In this document: in pieces, positions 18,376 through 26,895 of the stretch
Layout: each line of letters begins with the position of its first letter
How positions within the stretch are numbered: the first letter of the stretch is position 1
IMG/VR virus record: IMGVR_UViG_2778261451_000005
Origin: a virus
Lineage: Duplodnaviria > Heunggongvirae > Uroviricota > Caudoviricetes
Reading direction: 5' to 3' (one strand)
DNA length: 35,227 nucleotides
Made by a program: the position numbers and the translations under genes
Notes under the pieces: generated by a model
Databases searched by the model: none
What the model was told of the DNA's origin: nothing
The model's input: the letters and a program-made list of their open reading frames with translations, nothing else

Positions 18376-19161
18376 TTATGAGTGATTTTTATTTGATGCT
18401 TTGTATTCTAAAACCTTCTTATTGGCGTAAAAGAATTTTGTATATGACAGGAATATAACCAGACCTGAAGTGAAATAGACGAGGGATAGTATTAATAATG
18501 CTTTTTTGTGACTGTTATTATCTTTAATCTCCTGGCTTAACCATTCGGAGTCCTCCTCGTTTAGCTGTAAGAGCTTATTGCAGGCGATCTCAGGAAGTGT
18601 GTCTTTTATAAATACGTTTTGCAGTCTCTTGCAATCGGCAAGGCTATAAGTTTTATTAAATTCAACTGCTTTATTTTTGAAGGATAAAAGAACTTTGTCA
18701 CTATAAACATAGTACATCATGTTTTTATATGGTATGCCTATGGCATCCCTTACTATAACGGATTGTTCGTTGTGTATGTAACATGCGAGGAGAATGTAAA
18801 AAATACTGGCCAGAATTACAATTATTGTTTTAATTATGTGTGGTGGTTTTGTTATGTCACCCCAGATGCGAGTAAGGAAAAAATACGATGTTTTTAGTTT
18901 TCCATCAATCAGTCCCTGCTGTATCATTCTCACATTTTCAATGCCTGATACATTGATTCCATTAATTATTTTAAATAGTTGAATGTCGCGCCACTCGCGG
19001 TCAAGTCTTTTTAATTTTTTGTCTGAATATCCAAAATTGAAATAATGTGCAATAAGCCTCATAAGGTTACTTTTACCAAAGCTAAAAAATGCTAATACTG
19101 CAAAGCTACAAAGGAAAAAAACGATTAGCCCCCACACATTAGTCACATTATAGCTGACCAT
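18376..19161 (-). CDS. Cargo gene: 261-aa integral membrane protein of unknown function (three predicted TM helices), antisense to the tail operon
   Basis: ATG at 19161 with AAGGAGAG SD on minus strand; hydrophobic segments VWGLIVFFLCSFAVLAFFSF, IIKTIIVILASIFYILLACYI, ALLILSLVYFTSGLVIFLSY; strongly AT-rich; inserted between S and V (P2 orf30 position). Confidence 0.75.
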   Translation of the reverse strand: MVSYNVTNVWGLIVFFLCSFAVLAFFSFGKSNLMRLIAHYFNFGYSDKKLKRLDREWRDIQLFKIINGINVSGIENVRMIQQGLIDGKLKTSYFFLTRIWGDITKPPHIIKTIIVILASIFYILLACYIHNEQSVIVRDAIGIPYKNMMYYVYSDKVLLSFKNKAVEFNKTYSLADCKRLQNVFIKDTLPEIACNKLLQLNEEDSEWLSQEIKDNNSHKKALLILSLVYFTSGLVIFLSYTKFFYANKKVLEYKASNKNHS

Positions 19162-19244
19162 TACGCTCTCCTTGAATGTTGTCTGGTAGTTCTACAAATG
19201 AATCCAGATAGCATAACTTTTATATATTGTGCAATCTCACATGC
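19162..19244. promoter_or_regulatory. Region expected to carry late promoter P_V, plus the divergent promoter of the antisense cargo gene
   Basis: Intergenic; contains tgt-N11/12-aca-like element (ttgtctggtagttctacaa) resembling the Ogr-dependent late promoter dyad; assignment tentative. Confidence 0.4.
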
Positions 19245-19880
19245 ATGAACACTCTCGCAAATATTCAGGAACTCGCGCGCGCACTGCGCAACATGATTCG
19301 CACCGGCATTATCGTCGAAACCGACCTTAACGCCGGTCGCTGCCGCGTGCAGACCGGCGGCATGTGCACCGACTGGCTTCAGTGGCTGACCCATCGCGCC
19401 GGTCGTTCGCGCACATGGTGGGCACCTTCCGTGGGGGAACAGGTGCTGATTCTGTCCGTGGGCGGTGAACTCGACACGGCATTCGTTCTGCCGGGAATTT
19501 ATTCCGGCGATAACCCCGCGCCGTCTGCGTCGGCGGATGCCCTGCATATCCGTTTCCCTGACGGGGCGGTGATTGAGTATGAACCCGAAACCAGTGCACT
19601 TACGGTAAGCGGAATTAAAACGGCCAGCGTGACGGCTTCTGATTCTGTTACTGCCACGGTGCCGGTGGTCATGGTGAAAGCATCAACCCGCGTCACCCTG
19701 GACACACCGGAGGTGGTCTGCACCAACAGGCTGATTACCGGCACGCTGGAAGTGCAGAAGGGCGGGACGATGCGCGGCAACATTGAACACACCGGCGGTG
19801 AACTCTCATCAAACGGTAAGGTACTGCATACCCATAAACACCCCGGCGACAGTGGCGGCACAACAGGGGGACCTCTATGA
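19245..19880 (+). CDS. V: Baseplate spike protein V
   Basis: 211 aa from ATG at 19245 (MNTLANIQELARALRNMIRTGIIVETDLNAGRCRVQTGG… as in P2). Confidence 0.93.
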   Translation: MNTLANIQELARALRNMIRTGIIVETDLNAGRCRVQTGGMCTDWLQWLTHRAGRSRTWWAPSVGEQVLILSVGGELDTAFVLPGIYSGDNPAPSASADALHIRFPDGAVIEYEPETSALTVSGIKTASVTASDSVTATVPVVMVKASTRVTLDTPEVVCTNRLITGTLEVQKGGTMRGNIEHTGGELSSNGKVLHTHKHPGDSGGTTGGPL

Positions 19881-20224
19881 CAGCGCGTTATCTCGGAATG
19901 AATCGCAGTGATGGCCTGACTGTCACTGACCTTGAGCATATCAGCCAGAGTATCGGCGATATCCTGCGCACACCGGTCGGCTCACGGGTGATGCGTCGTG
20001 ATTACGGCTCGTTGCTGGCGTCAATGATTGACCAGCCGCAGACCCCGGCGCTTGAGTTGCAGATTAAAGTCGCCTGTTACATGGCAGTGCTGAAATGGGA
20101 ACCCCGCGTCACCCTGTCATCCGTCACCACGGCGCGCAGTTTTGACGGGCGAATGACGGTCACGTTAACCGGCCAGCACAACGACACCGGCCAGCCACTT
20201 TCGTTAACCATCCCTGTGAGTTGA
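19877..20224 (+). CDS. W: Baseplate protein W (gp25-like)
   Basis: 115 aa; P2 order. Confidence 0.9.
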   Translation: MTARYLGMNRSDGLTVTDLEHISQSIGDILRTPVGSRVMRRDYGSLLASMIDQPQTPALELQIKVACYMAVLKWEPRVTLSSVTTARSFDGRMTVTLTGQHNDTGQPLSLTIPVS

Positions 20225-20228
20225 AACC

Positions 20229-21137
20229 ATGCCGATTATCGACCTGAACCAGCTACCCGCACCGGATGTGGTCGAGGAGCTGGACTTTGAAACCATTCTT
20301 GCTGAACGCAAGGCGACACTGATTTCCCTTTACCCGGAAGACCAGCAGGAGGCGGTCGCCCGTGCCCTGATGCTGGAATCCGAGCCTCTCGTCAAACTGC
20401 TGGAGGAAAATGCTTATCGTGAGCTTATCTGGCGTCAGCGTGTGAATGAGGCCGCACGGGCGGTAATGCTGGCCTGTGCCGCCGGTAATGACCTTGATGT
20501 GATTGGTGCCAATTACAACACCACGCGTCTGACTATCACCCCGGCAGATGATTCGACCCTCCCGCCGACACCGGCCGTGATGGAATCTGACACGGATTAT
20601 CGTCTGCGTATTCAGCAGGCGTTTGAAGGTTTAAGCGTCGCCGGGTCGGTGGGGGCTTATCAGTATCATGGTCGCAGTGCCGACGGGCGTGTCGCGGATA
20701 TCTCTGTCACCAGTCCGTCTCCGGCCTGCGTCACCATCTCTGTGCTGTCACGTGAAAATAACGGTGTCGCATCCGAAGACCTGCTGGCGGTGGTGCGTAA
20801 CGCCCTTAATGGCGAGGACGTCAGGCCGGTGGCCGACCGCGTGACCGTGCAGTCTGCCGCCATCGTTGAATACCAGATAAACGCCACGCTTTACCTTTAC
20901 CCTGGTCCCGAAAGCGAACCCATCCGCGCTGCTGCCGTGAAAAAACTGGAAGCGTACATCACGGCACAGCACCGGCTGGGGCGCGACATCCGTCTGTCTG
21001 CCATTTATGCCGCTTTGCATGTGGAAGGCGTGCAGCGTGTCGAACTGGCTGCACCACTGGTCGATATCGTGCTCAACAGTACGCAGGCGTCTTTCTGTAC
21101 CGAATACCACGTCGTGACCGGAGGCTCGGATGAGTGA
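20229..21137 (+). CDS. J: Baseplate protein J
   Basis: 302 aa; P2 order. Confidence 0.9.
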   Translation: MPIIDLNQLPAPDVVEELDFETILAERKATLISLYPEDQQEAVARALMLESEPLVKLLEENAYRELIWRQRVNEAARAVMLACAAGNDLDVIGANYNTTRLTITPADDSTLPPTPAVMESDTDYRLRIQQAFEGLSVAGSVGAYQYHGRSADGRVADISVTSPSPACVTISVLSRENNGVASEDLLAVVRNALNGEDVRPVADRVTVQSAAIVEYQINATLYLYPGPESEPIRAAAVKKLEAYITAQHRLGRDIRLSAIYAALHVEGVQRVELAAPLVDIVLNSTQASFCTEYHVVTGGSDE

Positions 21138-21660
21138 TTCGCGACTGCTGCCGACCGGCTCATCACCGCTTGAAGTTGCCGCCGCAAAAGCCTGTGCGGA
21201 AATTGAAAAAACGCCGGTCAGTATTCGTGATCTGTGGAACCCGAATACCTGTCCGGCAAATCTGCTGCCGTGGCTGGCGTGGGCGTTTTCGGTCGACAGA
21301 TGGGATGAAAAGTGGCCGGAAGCGACAAAACGCGCCGTTATCCGCGATGCCTATTTCATCCACTGTCATAAGGGCACGATAGGTGCAATCCGGCGTGTGG
21401 TGGAGCCGCTCGGCTATCTCATCAACGTGACGGAGTGGTGGGAAAACAGTGACCCGCCCGGCACCTTCCGGCTTGATATTGGTGTACTGGAAAGCGGTAT
21501 CACAGAGGCAATGTATCAGGAAATGGAACGGCTGATTGCTGATGCCAAACCTGCAAGCCGTCACCTTATTGGCCTGAACATTACCCGGGACATTCCCGGC
21601 TACCTGTTCGCCGGTGGTGTGGCTTACGACGGCGATGTAATTACGGTTTACCCCGGATAA
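21130..21660 (+). CDS. I: Baseplate protein I
   Basis: 176 aa; P2 order. Confidence 0.9.
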   Translation: MSDSRLLPTGSSPLEVAAAKACAEIEKTPVSIRDLWNPNTCPANLLPWLAWAFSVDRWDEKWPEATKRAVIRDAYFIHCHKGTIGAIRRVVEPLGYLINVTEWWENSDPPGTFRLDIGVLESGITEAMYQEMERLIADAKPASRHLIGLNITRDIPGYLFAGGVAYDGDVITVYPG

Positions 21661-21670
21661 GTGAGGAATA

Positions 21671-23776
21671 ATGAGCACAAAATTCAAAACCGTTATCACC
21701 ACTGCCGGTGCAGCAAAGCTGGCAGCGGCAACCGCACCGGGAGGGCGGAAGGTCAACATTACCACGATGGCCGTCGGGGATGGCGGTGGTAAATTGCCTG
21801 TCCCGGATGCCGGACAGACCGGGCTTATCCATGAAGTCTGGCGACATGCGCTGAACAAAATCACCCTGGACAAACGAAACAGTAATTATATTATCGCAGA
21901 GCTGGTTATTCCGCCGGAGGTGGGCGGTTTCTGGATGCGTGAGCTTGGCCTGTACGATGATGCGGGAACGCTAATTGCCGTGGCGAACATGGCTGAAAGT
22001 TATAAACCCGCTCTTGCCGAAGGCTCAGGGCGTTCGCAGACCTGCCGCATGGTCATCATCGTCAGCAGTGTGGCCTCAGTGGAGCTGACCATTGACACCA
22101 CAACGGTGATGGCAACGCAGGATTACGTTGATGACAAAATTGCAGAGCATGAACAGTCACGACGTCACCCGGACGCCTCGCTGACCGCAAAAGGTTTTAC
22201 TCAGTTAAGCAGTGCAACCAACAGCGCGTCTGAAACACTGGCTGCAACGCCGAAAGCGGTAAAGGCCGCGTATGACCTTGCTAACGGGAAATATACTGCG
22301 CAGGATGCCACCACAGCGCGAAAAGGTCTTGTCCAACTCAGTAGTGCCACCAACAGCACGTCTGAAACGCTCGCCGCAACACCAAAAGCGGTAAAGGCCG
22401 CGTATGACCTTGCTAACGGGAAATACACTGCACAGGACGCCACCACAGCGCGAAAAGGTCTTGTTCAGCTCAGTAGCGCCACCAACAGCGATTCTGAAAC
22501 GCTGGCCGCAACGCCAAAGGCGGTAAAGGTCGCGTATGACCTTGCTAACGGGAAATACACTGCACAGGACGCCACCACAGCGAGAAAAGGCCTTGTCCAG
22601 CTCAGTAGCGCCACCAACAGTGATTCTGAAACGCTTGCGGCAACGCCAAAGGCGGTAAAGGTCGCGTATGACCTTGCTAACGGGAAATACACTGCACAGG
22701 ATGCCACCACAGCGCGAAAAGGGCTTGTTCAGCTCAGTAGCGCCACCAACAGTGATTCTGAAACACTGGCCGCAACACCAAAAGCGGTGAAGTCTGCCTA
22801 TGACAATGCTGAAAAACGTCTTCAGAAAGATCAGAACGGTGCGGATATTCCTGATAAAAGATTATTCCTGCGCAATATTGGAGCAACAAATTCAACAACC
22901 ATGTCTTTTAGTGGTGGTACAGGATGGTTCAGGCTGGCAACTGTAACCATGCCCCAGGCCAGTTCCGTGGTTTACATAAGCCTGATTGGTGGTGCCGGAT
23001 ATAATGTTAACTCCCCTATGCAGGCTGGTATATCTGAACTTGTTCTTCGTGCGGGAAATGGAAATCCAAAAGGTCTTACTGGTGCGTTATGGCGACGGAC
23101 ATCGGTTGGATTTACTAATTTTGCATGGGTGAATACATCCGGTGATACCTATGATGTTTATGTTGAAATAGGTAATTACGCCACAGGTGTTAATATTCAG
23201 TGGGATTATACCAGTAACGCCAGCGTAACGATTCATACATCACCAACTTATACAGCGAATAAACCAACAGGCCTGACAGATGGAACTGTATATGTAATTT
23301 ACAGTTCGTACATTAAACCGACTGCTGCTGATGTTGGGGCGTTATCATTATCTGGTGGTCAATTGAATGGTGCTCTGGGTATAGGAACATCCAGTGCTCT
23401 TGGCGGTAATTCGATTGTTTTGGGTGATAATGACACGGGCTTTAAACAAAATGGTGATGGTAATCTGGATGTTTATGCTAATAGCGTCCATGTTATGCGC
23501 TTTGTCTCCGGAAGCGTTCAAAGTAATAAAACCATAAATATTACGGGGCGTGTTAATCCCTCGGATTACGGTAACTTTGATTCCCGCTATGTGAGAGATG
23601 TCAGACTTGGCACACGTGTTGTCCAGACCATGCAGAAAGGGGTGATGTATGAGAAAGCAGGGCACGTAATTACCGGGCTTGGTATTGTCGGTGAAGTCGA
23701 TGGTGATGACCCCGCAGTATTCAGACCAATACAAAAATACATCAATGGCACATGGTATAACGTCGCACAGGTGTAA
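21671..23776 (+). CDS. H: Tail fiber protein H with expanded internal repeats
   Basis: 701 aa; conserved N-terminus; about five tandem 44-aa repeats (…QLSSATNSxSETLAATPKAVKxAYDLANGKYTAQDATTARKG…); AT-richer C-terminal tip. Confidence 0.9.
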   Translation: MSTKFKTVITTAGAAKLAAATAPGGRKVNITTMAVGDGGGKLPVPDAGQTGLIHEVWRHALNKITLDKRNSNYIIAELVIPPEVGGFWMRELGLYDDAGTLIAVANMAESYKPALAEGSGRSQTCRMVIIVSSVASVELTIDTTTVMATQDYVDDKIAEHEQSRRHPDASLTAKGFTQLSSATNSASETLAATPKAVKAAYDLANGKYTAQDATTARKGLVQLSSATNSTSETLAATPKAVKAAYDLANGKYTAQDATTARKGLVQLSSATNSDSETLAATPKAVKVAYDLANGKYTAQDATTARKGLVQLSSATNSDSETLAATPKAVKVAYDLANGKYTAQDATTARKGLVQLSSATNSDSETLAATPKAVKSAYDNAEKRLQKDQNGADIPDKRLFLRNIGATNSTTMSFSGGTGWFRLATVTMPQASSVVYISLIGGAGYNVNSPMQAGISELVLRAGNGNPKGLTGALWRRTSVGFTNFAWVNTSGDTYDVYVEIGNYATGVNIQWDYTSNASVTIHTSPTYTANKPTGLTDGTVYVIYSSYIKPTAADVGALSLSGGQLNGALGIGTSSALGGNSIVLGDNDTGFKQNGDGNLDVYANSVHVMRFVSGSVQSNKTINITGRVNPSDYGNFDSRYVRDVRLGTRVVQTMQKGVMYEKAGHVITGLGIVGEVDGDDPAVFRPIQKYINGTWYNVAQV
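22189..22800 (+). repeat. About 4.6 tandem copies of a 132-bp coding repeat inside H
   Basis: Period 132 bp, nearly identical units; explains the spurious antisense ORFs 22201..22446 and 22465..22710. Confidence 0.85.
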
Positions 23777-23779
23777 TTT

Positions 23780-24307
23780 ATGCAGCATTTAAAAAATATT
23801 ACTGCGGGTAATCCAAAAACTGTTGCCCAATATCAACTGACAAAAAATTTTGATGTTATCTGGTTATGGTCCGAAGAGGGAAAAAACTGGTATGAGGAAG
23901 TAAGTAATTTTCAGGAAGACACGATAAAGATTGTTTACGATGAGAATAATATAATTGTCGGCATCACCAGAGATGCTTCAACGCTCAACCCTGAAGGTTT
24001 TAGCGTTGTCGAGGTTCCTGATATTACCGCCAACCGACGTGCTGATGACTCAGGTAAATGGATGTTTAAGGATGGTGCCGTGATTAAGCGGATTTATACG
24101 GCAGACGAACAGCTGCAACTGGCGGAATTACAGAAGTCAGCTTTGCTTTCCGAAGCTGAAACTATCATTCAGCCACTGGAACGCTCTGTCAGACTGAATA
24201 TGGCAACAGATGAGGAGCGTAGCCGACTGGAAGCATGGGAACGCTACAGTGTTCTGGTCAGCCGTGTGGATCCTGCAAATCCTGAATGGCCGGAAATGCC
24301 GCAATAA
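23780..24307 (+). CDS. G: Tail fiber assembly chaperone G
   Basis: 175 aa; follows H as in P2. Confidence 0.88.
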   Translation: MQHLKNITAGNPKTVAQYQLTKNFDVIWLWSEEGKNWYEEVSNFQEDTIKIVYDENNIIVGITRDASTLNPEGFSVVEVPDITANRRADDSGKWMFKDGAVIKRIYTADEQLQLAELQKSALLSEAETIIQPLERSVRLNMATDEERSRLEAWERYSVLVSRVDPANPEWPEMPQ

Positions 24308-24341
24308 GTTGTATGATCTCTGGAGTGAGCTAACGTATCTA

Positions 24342-24383
24342 TAGCACAGAGTAAAGCCTAATCTGACAGTCTGCTCTGTGCTA
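24342..24383. repeat. Hairpin (10-bp stem tagcacagag / ctctgtgcta, 22-nt loop) carrying the left inverted-repeat site
   Basis: Read directly; no U-tract, so not a canonical terminator. Confidence 0.55.
24360..24375. repeat. Site L: 16-bp element aatctgacagtctgct, perfect inverted repeat of 26793..26808
   Basis: Exact reverse-complement match; candidate recombinase recognition site. Confidence 0.7.
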
Positions 24384-24485
24384 GGAGCGGACTGACCTGC
24401 TTCCCGATGATTAATACACAGCTATGCTAGTAATGTCCGTAGATCGCTGTGTGTTGCATCCATCGGTTGAACTCACAGTCCAAAC

Positions 24486-24506
24486 CAGACTGTCAGCTTT
24501 GATTAG
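24486..24506. repeat. Site M: cagactgtcagctttgattag, direct copy of site R (26795..26814) and inverted relative to site L
   Basis: 20 of 21 positions match site R, with one indel. Confidence 0.65.
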
Positions 24507-24659
24507 ATTCTACCTACTCAACCTGTCAGATAAGGTCTGAGCTAATACATCTAATATATGGCTTCGTGCAGGGGACGGCTATCGCGAACGTTAGGCCAGG
24601 TATCTGAATACGCACATTCACTTGGTTGTACTTCTTGCACTGATCTGCTATCCCGCACA

Positions 24660-24696
24660 GCTATTTATAGGTAATCTTCAGTGTATAATCTGCCAA
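24660..24696 (+). promoter_or_regulatory. Putative sigma70 promoter for the 280-aa cargo gene
   Basis: Perfect TATAAT at 24684..24689 with a weak -35; AGGAG SD at 24717..24721 before ATG 24728. Confidence 0.45.
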
Positions 24697-24727
24697 CTTA
24701 TGGAAGCTTGTACAACAGGAGAAATAT

Positions 24728-25570
24728 ATGAAAAAAGAATTGTTTGGACGTTGCCCGTTTGATCTTGACGAAGATGTAAAAAAAATAGCCGCGATAAATA
24801 AATATATCCATGCAAAATTTGAGGAGCATAAAAATAAAATAGACAACCTAAAGGGTGTGGAACAAAAATTGATGGTCTTACAGTACTTTAATGTACTGAA
24901 TGAACTTAGTAATCAGGCTATCTCTTCTTTGAATATAGGAGCCTTTTCAGCATCGGAAGTATTAGCTAGGGTTATAATAGAACAGGCTGCCAATCAATTT
25001 TATATAGCAATAGATGATGGCGAAAATGCACAAGCATTACTCAAGGCTAGTAAGAAATTAGTTCATAGTAATGGAAAACGGTGGCTGGAGTGTTTAAAAT
25101 CCAAAGGAATGACTAATCCAGCAGCAAATGAAAGGATTCGCATGGGAAAAGAACTAACTGATCTATTTAATAGATTGTGGCCAAATACACCTGAATATCC
25201 AGGAACCAGAAAACTTTTTGAATTAATTGGCTGGGAAACACACTATCATGCCCATTACGTTCCCCTTTGTGATTCAATACATACATTCTCTGATGATATG
25301 GTAAATATAGTATCTCTATATAATGCAATCCAAAGTGATGAAAATACTGCTATCGAATTCATTCTTGCAGTTAAACAAGAAAATAAACGGCTGGCAATTT
25401 ATAATTTTGTAATTGCTACGGCCCTTCGGTGTGAGGCCTTAGTAAATGTATTTAACTCTTTAGGTTATCAGGATATTATAACAGAAATGACACCAACAAT
25501 AGATACAGTCAACCAGACTATAATTCGATATGATGATTTTGATCATTCCAGAATTGATGATTGTCAATAA
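24728..25570 (+). CDS. Cargo gene: 280-aa soluble protein of unknown function (candidate defence/exclusion effector)
   Basis: ATG with AGGAG SD; AT-rich; no TM segments or motifs I recognise; in the P2 Z/fun position. Confidence 0.75.
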   Translation: MKKELFGRCPFDLDEDVKKIAAINKYIHAKFEEHKNKIDNLKGVEQKLMVLQYFNVLNELSNQAISSLNIGAFSASEVLARVIIEQAANQFYIAIDDGENAQALLKASKKLVHSNGKRWLECLKSKGMTNPAANERIRMGKELTDLFNRLWPNTPEYPGTRKLFELIGWETHYHAHYVPLCDSIHTFSDDMVNIVSLYNAIQSDENTAIEFILAVKQENKRLAIYNFVIATALRCEALVNVFNSLGYQDIITEMTPTIDTVNQTIIRYDDFDHSRIDDCQ

Positions 25571-25676
25571 TTAATTGACAGAATACGTACATGCGCAACA
25601 ACTAGTGATAGTTGACTTATTTTCGCTCTTGAGAGACAACCATACTCAAATCTCCCACATTGCAGGAGATTTGAAT

Positions 25677-26261
25677 ATGAAAACGTCACCGTGGAATAAA
25701 GACCGTACCATCGGTCAAAAAAGGCCACTTCAGATATCTCATATCTGGGGGATCCGGATTAGACTTGAGTTGGAAGGTAAAACACGCGATCTAGCTCTGT
25801 TCAACATGGCTTTGGACACTAAGCTACGGGGCTGTGATTTGGTCAAACTCAAAGTATCAGATGCTGCATATGGCAGTTCTGTCTCAAGCAGAGCAACGGT
25901 GTTGCAACAGAAAACCGGCAGCCCTGTCCAATTTGAGATAACCAAAGGGACAAGGGAAGCGGTTACTGCATTGATAAAGCTCGGCAACTGGCATAGTAAA
26001 GGCTTCCTGTTCCGCTCTCGGGTCGGAACTAACCACCATATATCAACCCGGCAATACAACCGAATTTTTCATGGGTGGGTAGAAAAGCTTGGTCTCGAAG
26101 ATTCGCTGTACAGCACACATTCCATGAGAAGAACAAAACCTTACTTAATCTACAAGAAAACCAAGAGTCTCCGGGTGATCCAACTTCTGTTGGGCCATAA
26201 GAAACTGGAAAGCACAGTCCGTTATTTGGGCATTGAAGTCGATATAGAAGGTCTCTTTTAA
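25677..26261 (+). CDS. Small tyrosine recombinase, catalytic domain only (FimB/FimE-like size)
   Basis: 194 aa from ATG at 25677 with AGGAG SD (ORF-track start 25575 rejected); catalytic signature R (…TKLRGCDL…), HxxR (…THSMRRT…), LLGHxxxxxTxxY (…LLGHKKLESTVRY…); lacks an N-terminal core-binding domain. Confidence 0.75.
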   Translation: MKTSPWNKDRTIGQKRPLQISHIWGIRIRLELEGKTRDLALFNMALDTKLRGCDLVKLKVSDAAYGSSVSSRATVLQQKTGSPVQFEITKGTREAVTALIKLGNWHSKGFLFRSRVGTNHHISTRQYNRIFHGWVEKLGLEDSLYSTHSMRRTKPYLIYKKTKSLRVIQLLLGHKKLESTVRYLGIEVDIEGLF

Positions 26262-26283
26262 GTTATGGGGGCTGATTTTATAT

Positions 26284-26661
26284 TCAATAGCGTATGCTCA
26301 TCGAAGAAATAAACTCATAAAATGTAAAGACAGCCAGCAAAAACATACAGATAAAGATAAGGGAAATAGCACACTTAACTAAGGGCTGAACCCCCCGAGG
26401 TGTTCCCCATGGTTTAGACATTTGGGTTATAACCCAAATAAATAAGGCCACAAAACAGCAAACACCAGCCAATCCGAGCAGAGATATTATGACAACTCCA
26501 AACAGATTTCCAACATCTAGTTTATCTGTTTTTGCAACTAGGGTTAACAAACCAGCAATAATAGTTGCAATCGATATTCCCGCAATGGTTGTGAGATCGG
26601 CGATAACAGCCAGTTTTTCTTTAGTATTTCCTTGAGTAAAAACCTCTAAAATTGATTTCAT
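26284..26661 (-). CDS. Cargo gene: 125-aa membrane protein (three predicted TM helices), convergent with the recombinase
   Basis: ATG at 26661 with AGGTGG SD; TATAAT-like -10 elements upstream on minus strand; hydrophobic segments throughout; AT-rich. Confidence 0.65.
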   Translation of the reverse strand: MKSILEVFTQGNTKEKLAVIADLTTIAGISIATIIAGLLTLVAKTDKLDVGNLFGVVIISLLGLAGVCCFVALFIWVITQMSKPWGTPRGVQPLVKCAISLIFICMFLLAVFTFYEFISSMSIRY

Positions 26662-26792
26662 GGAAATAACCACCTACTATCGATTATATTCAGGAGCTTT
26701 TTATTATAACGATATCAGATAGATAAGGACATTGTAATATTTTGGATGATTTAAACTTGCTTTTGTAACTCTAATGTCCACTTTTCGCTCAA

Positions 26793-26814
26793 AGCAGACT
26801 GTCAGATTTGATAG
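26793..26814. repeat. Site R: agcagactgtcagatttgatag (inverted partner of site L, direct partner of site M)
   Basis: Exact 16-bp reverse-complement match to 24360..24375; lies between the island and FI. Confidence 0.7.
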
Positions 26815-26867
26815 CATTTGGGCTATGTAAATTGTCAGGCGGAAAATGAGTGAGTACAAATCAGGAC

Positions 26868-26895
26868 AGGCGGGCGAATTGCCCGCCTTTTCTTT
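26868..26895 (+). terminator. Rho-independent terminator upstream of FI
   Basis: aggcgggc / gcccgcct stem, 5-nt loop, followed by TTTTCTTT. Confidence 0.7.

Noticed and set aside
22201-22710. Two 81-aa antisense ORFs (22201..22446 and 22465..22710) with near-identical translations
   Set aside because: They are mirror images of the 132-bp coding repeats inside tail fiber gene H on the opposite strand, not independent genes.
22189-22800. Possible CRISPR-like array because of regular tandem repeats
   Set aside because: Repeats are 132 bp, contiguous with no unique spacers, and in frame within H; this is a protein-coding repeat.
24342-24383. Hairpin after G as an intrinsic terminator
   Set aside because: GC-poor 22-nt loop and no U-tract; more likely a structured recombination or regulatory site carrying inverted-repeat site L.
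25575-25676. N-terminal extension of the recombinase ORF as given in the ORF track
   Set aside because: No good ribosome-binding site at 25575 and the extension has no integrase-like features; ATG 25677 has an AGGAG SD and begins the catalytic domain.
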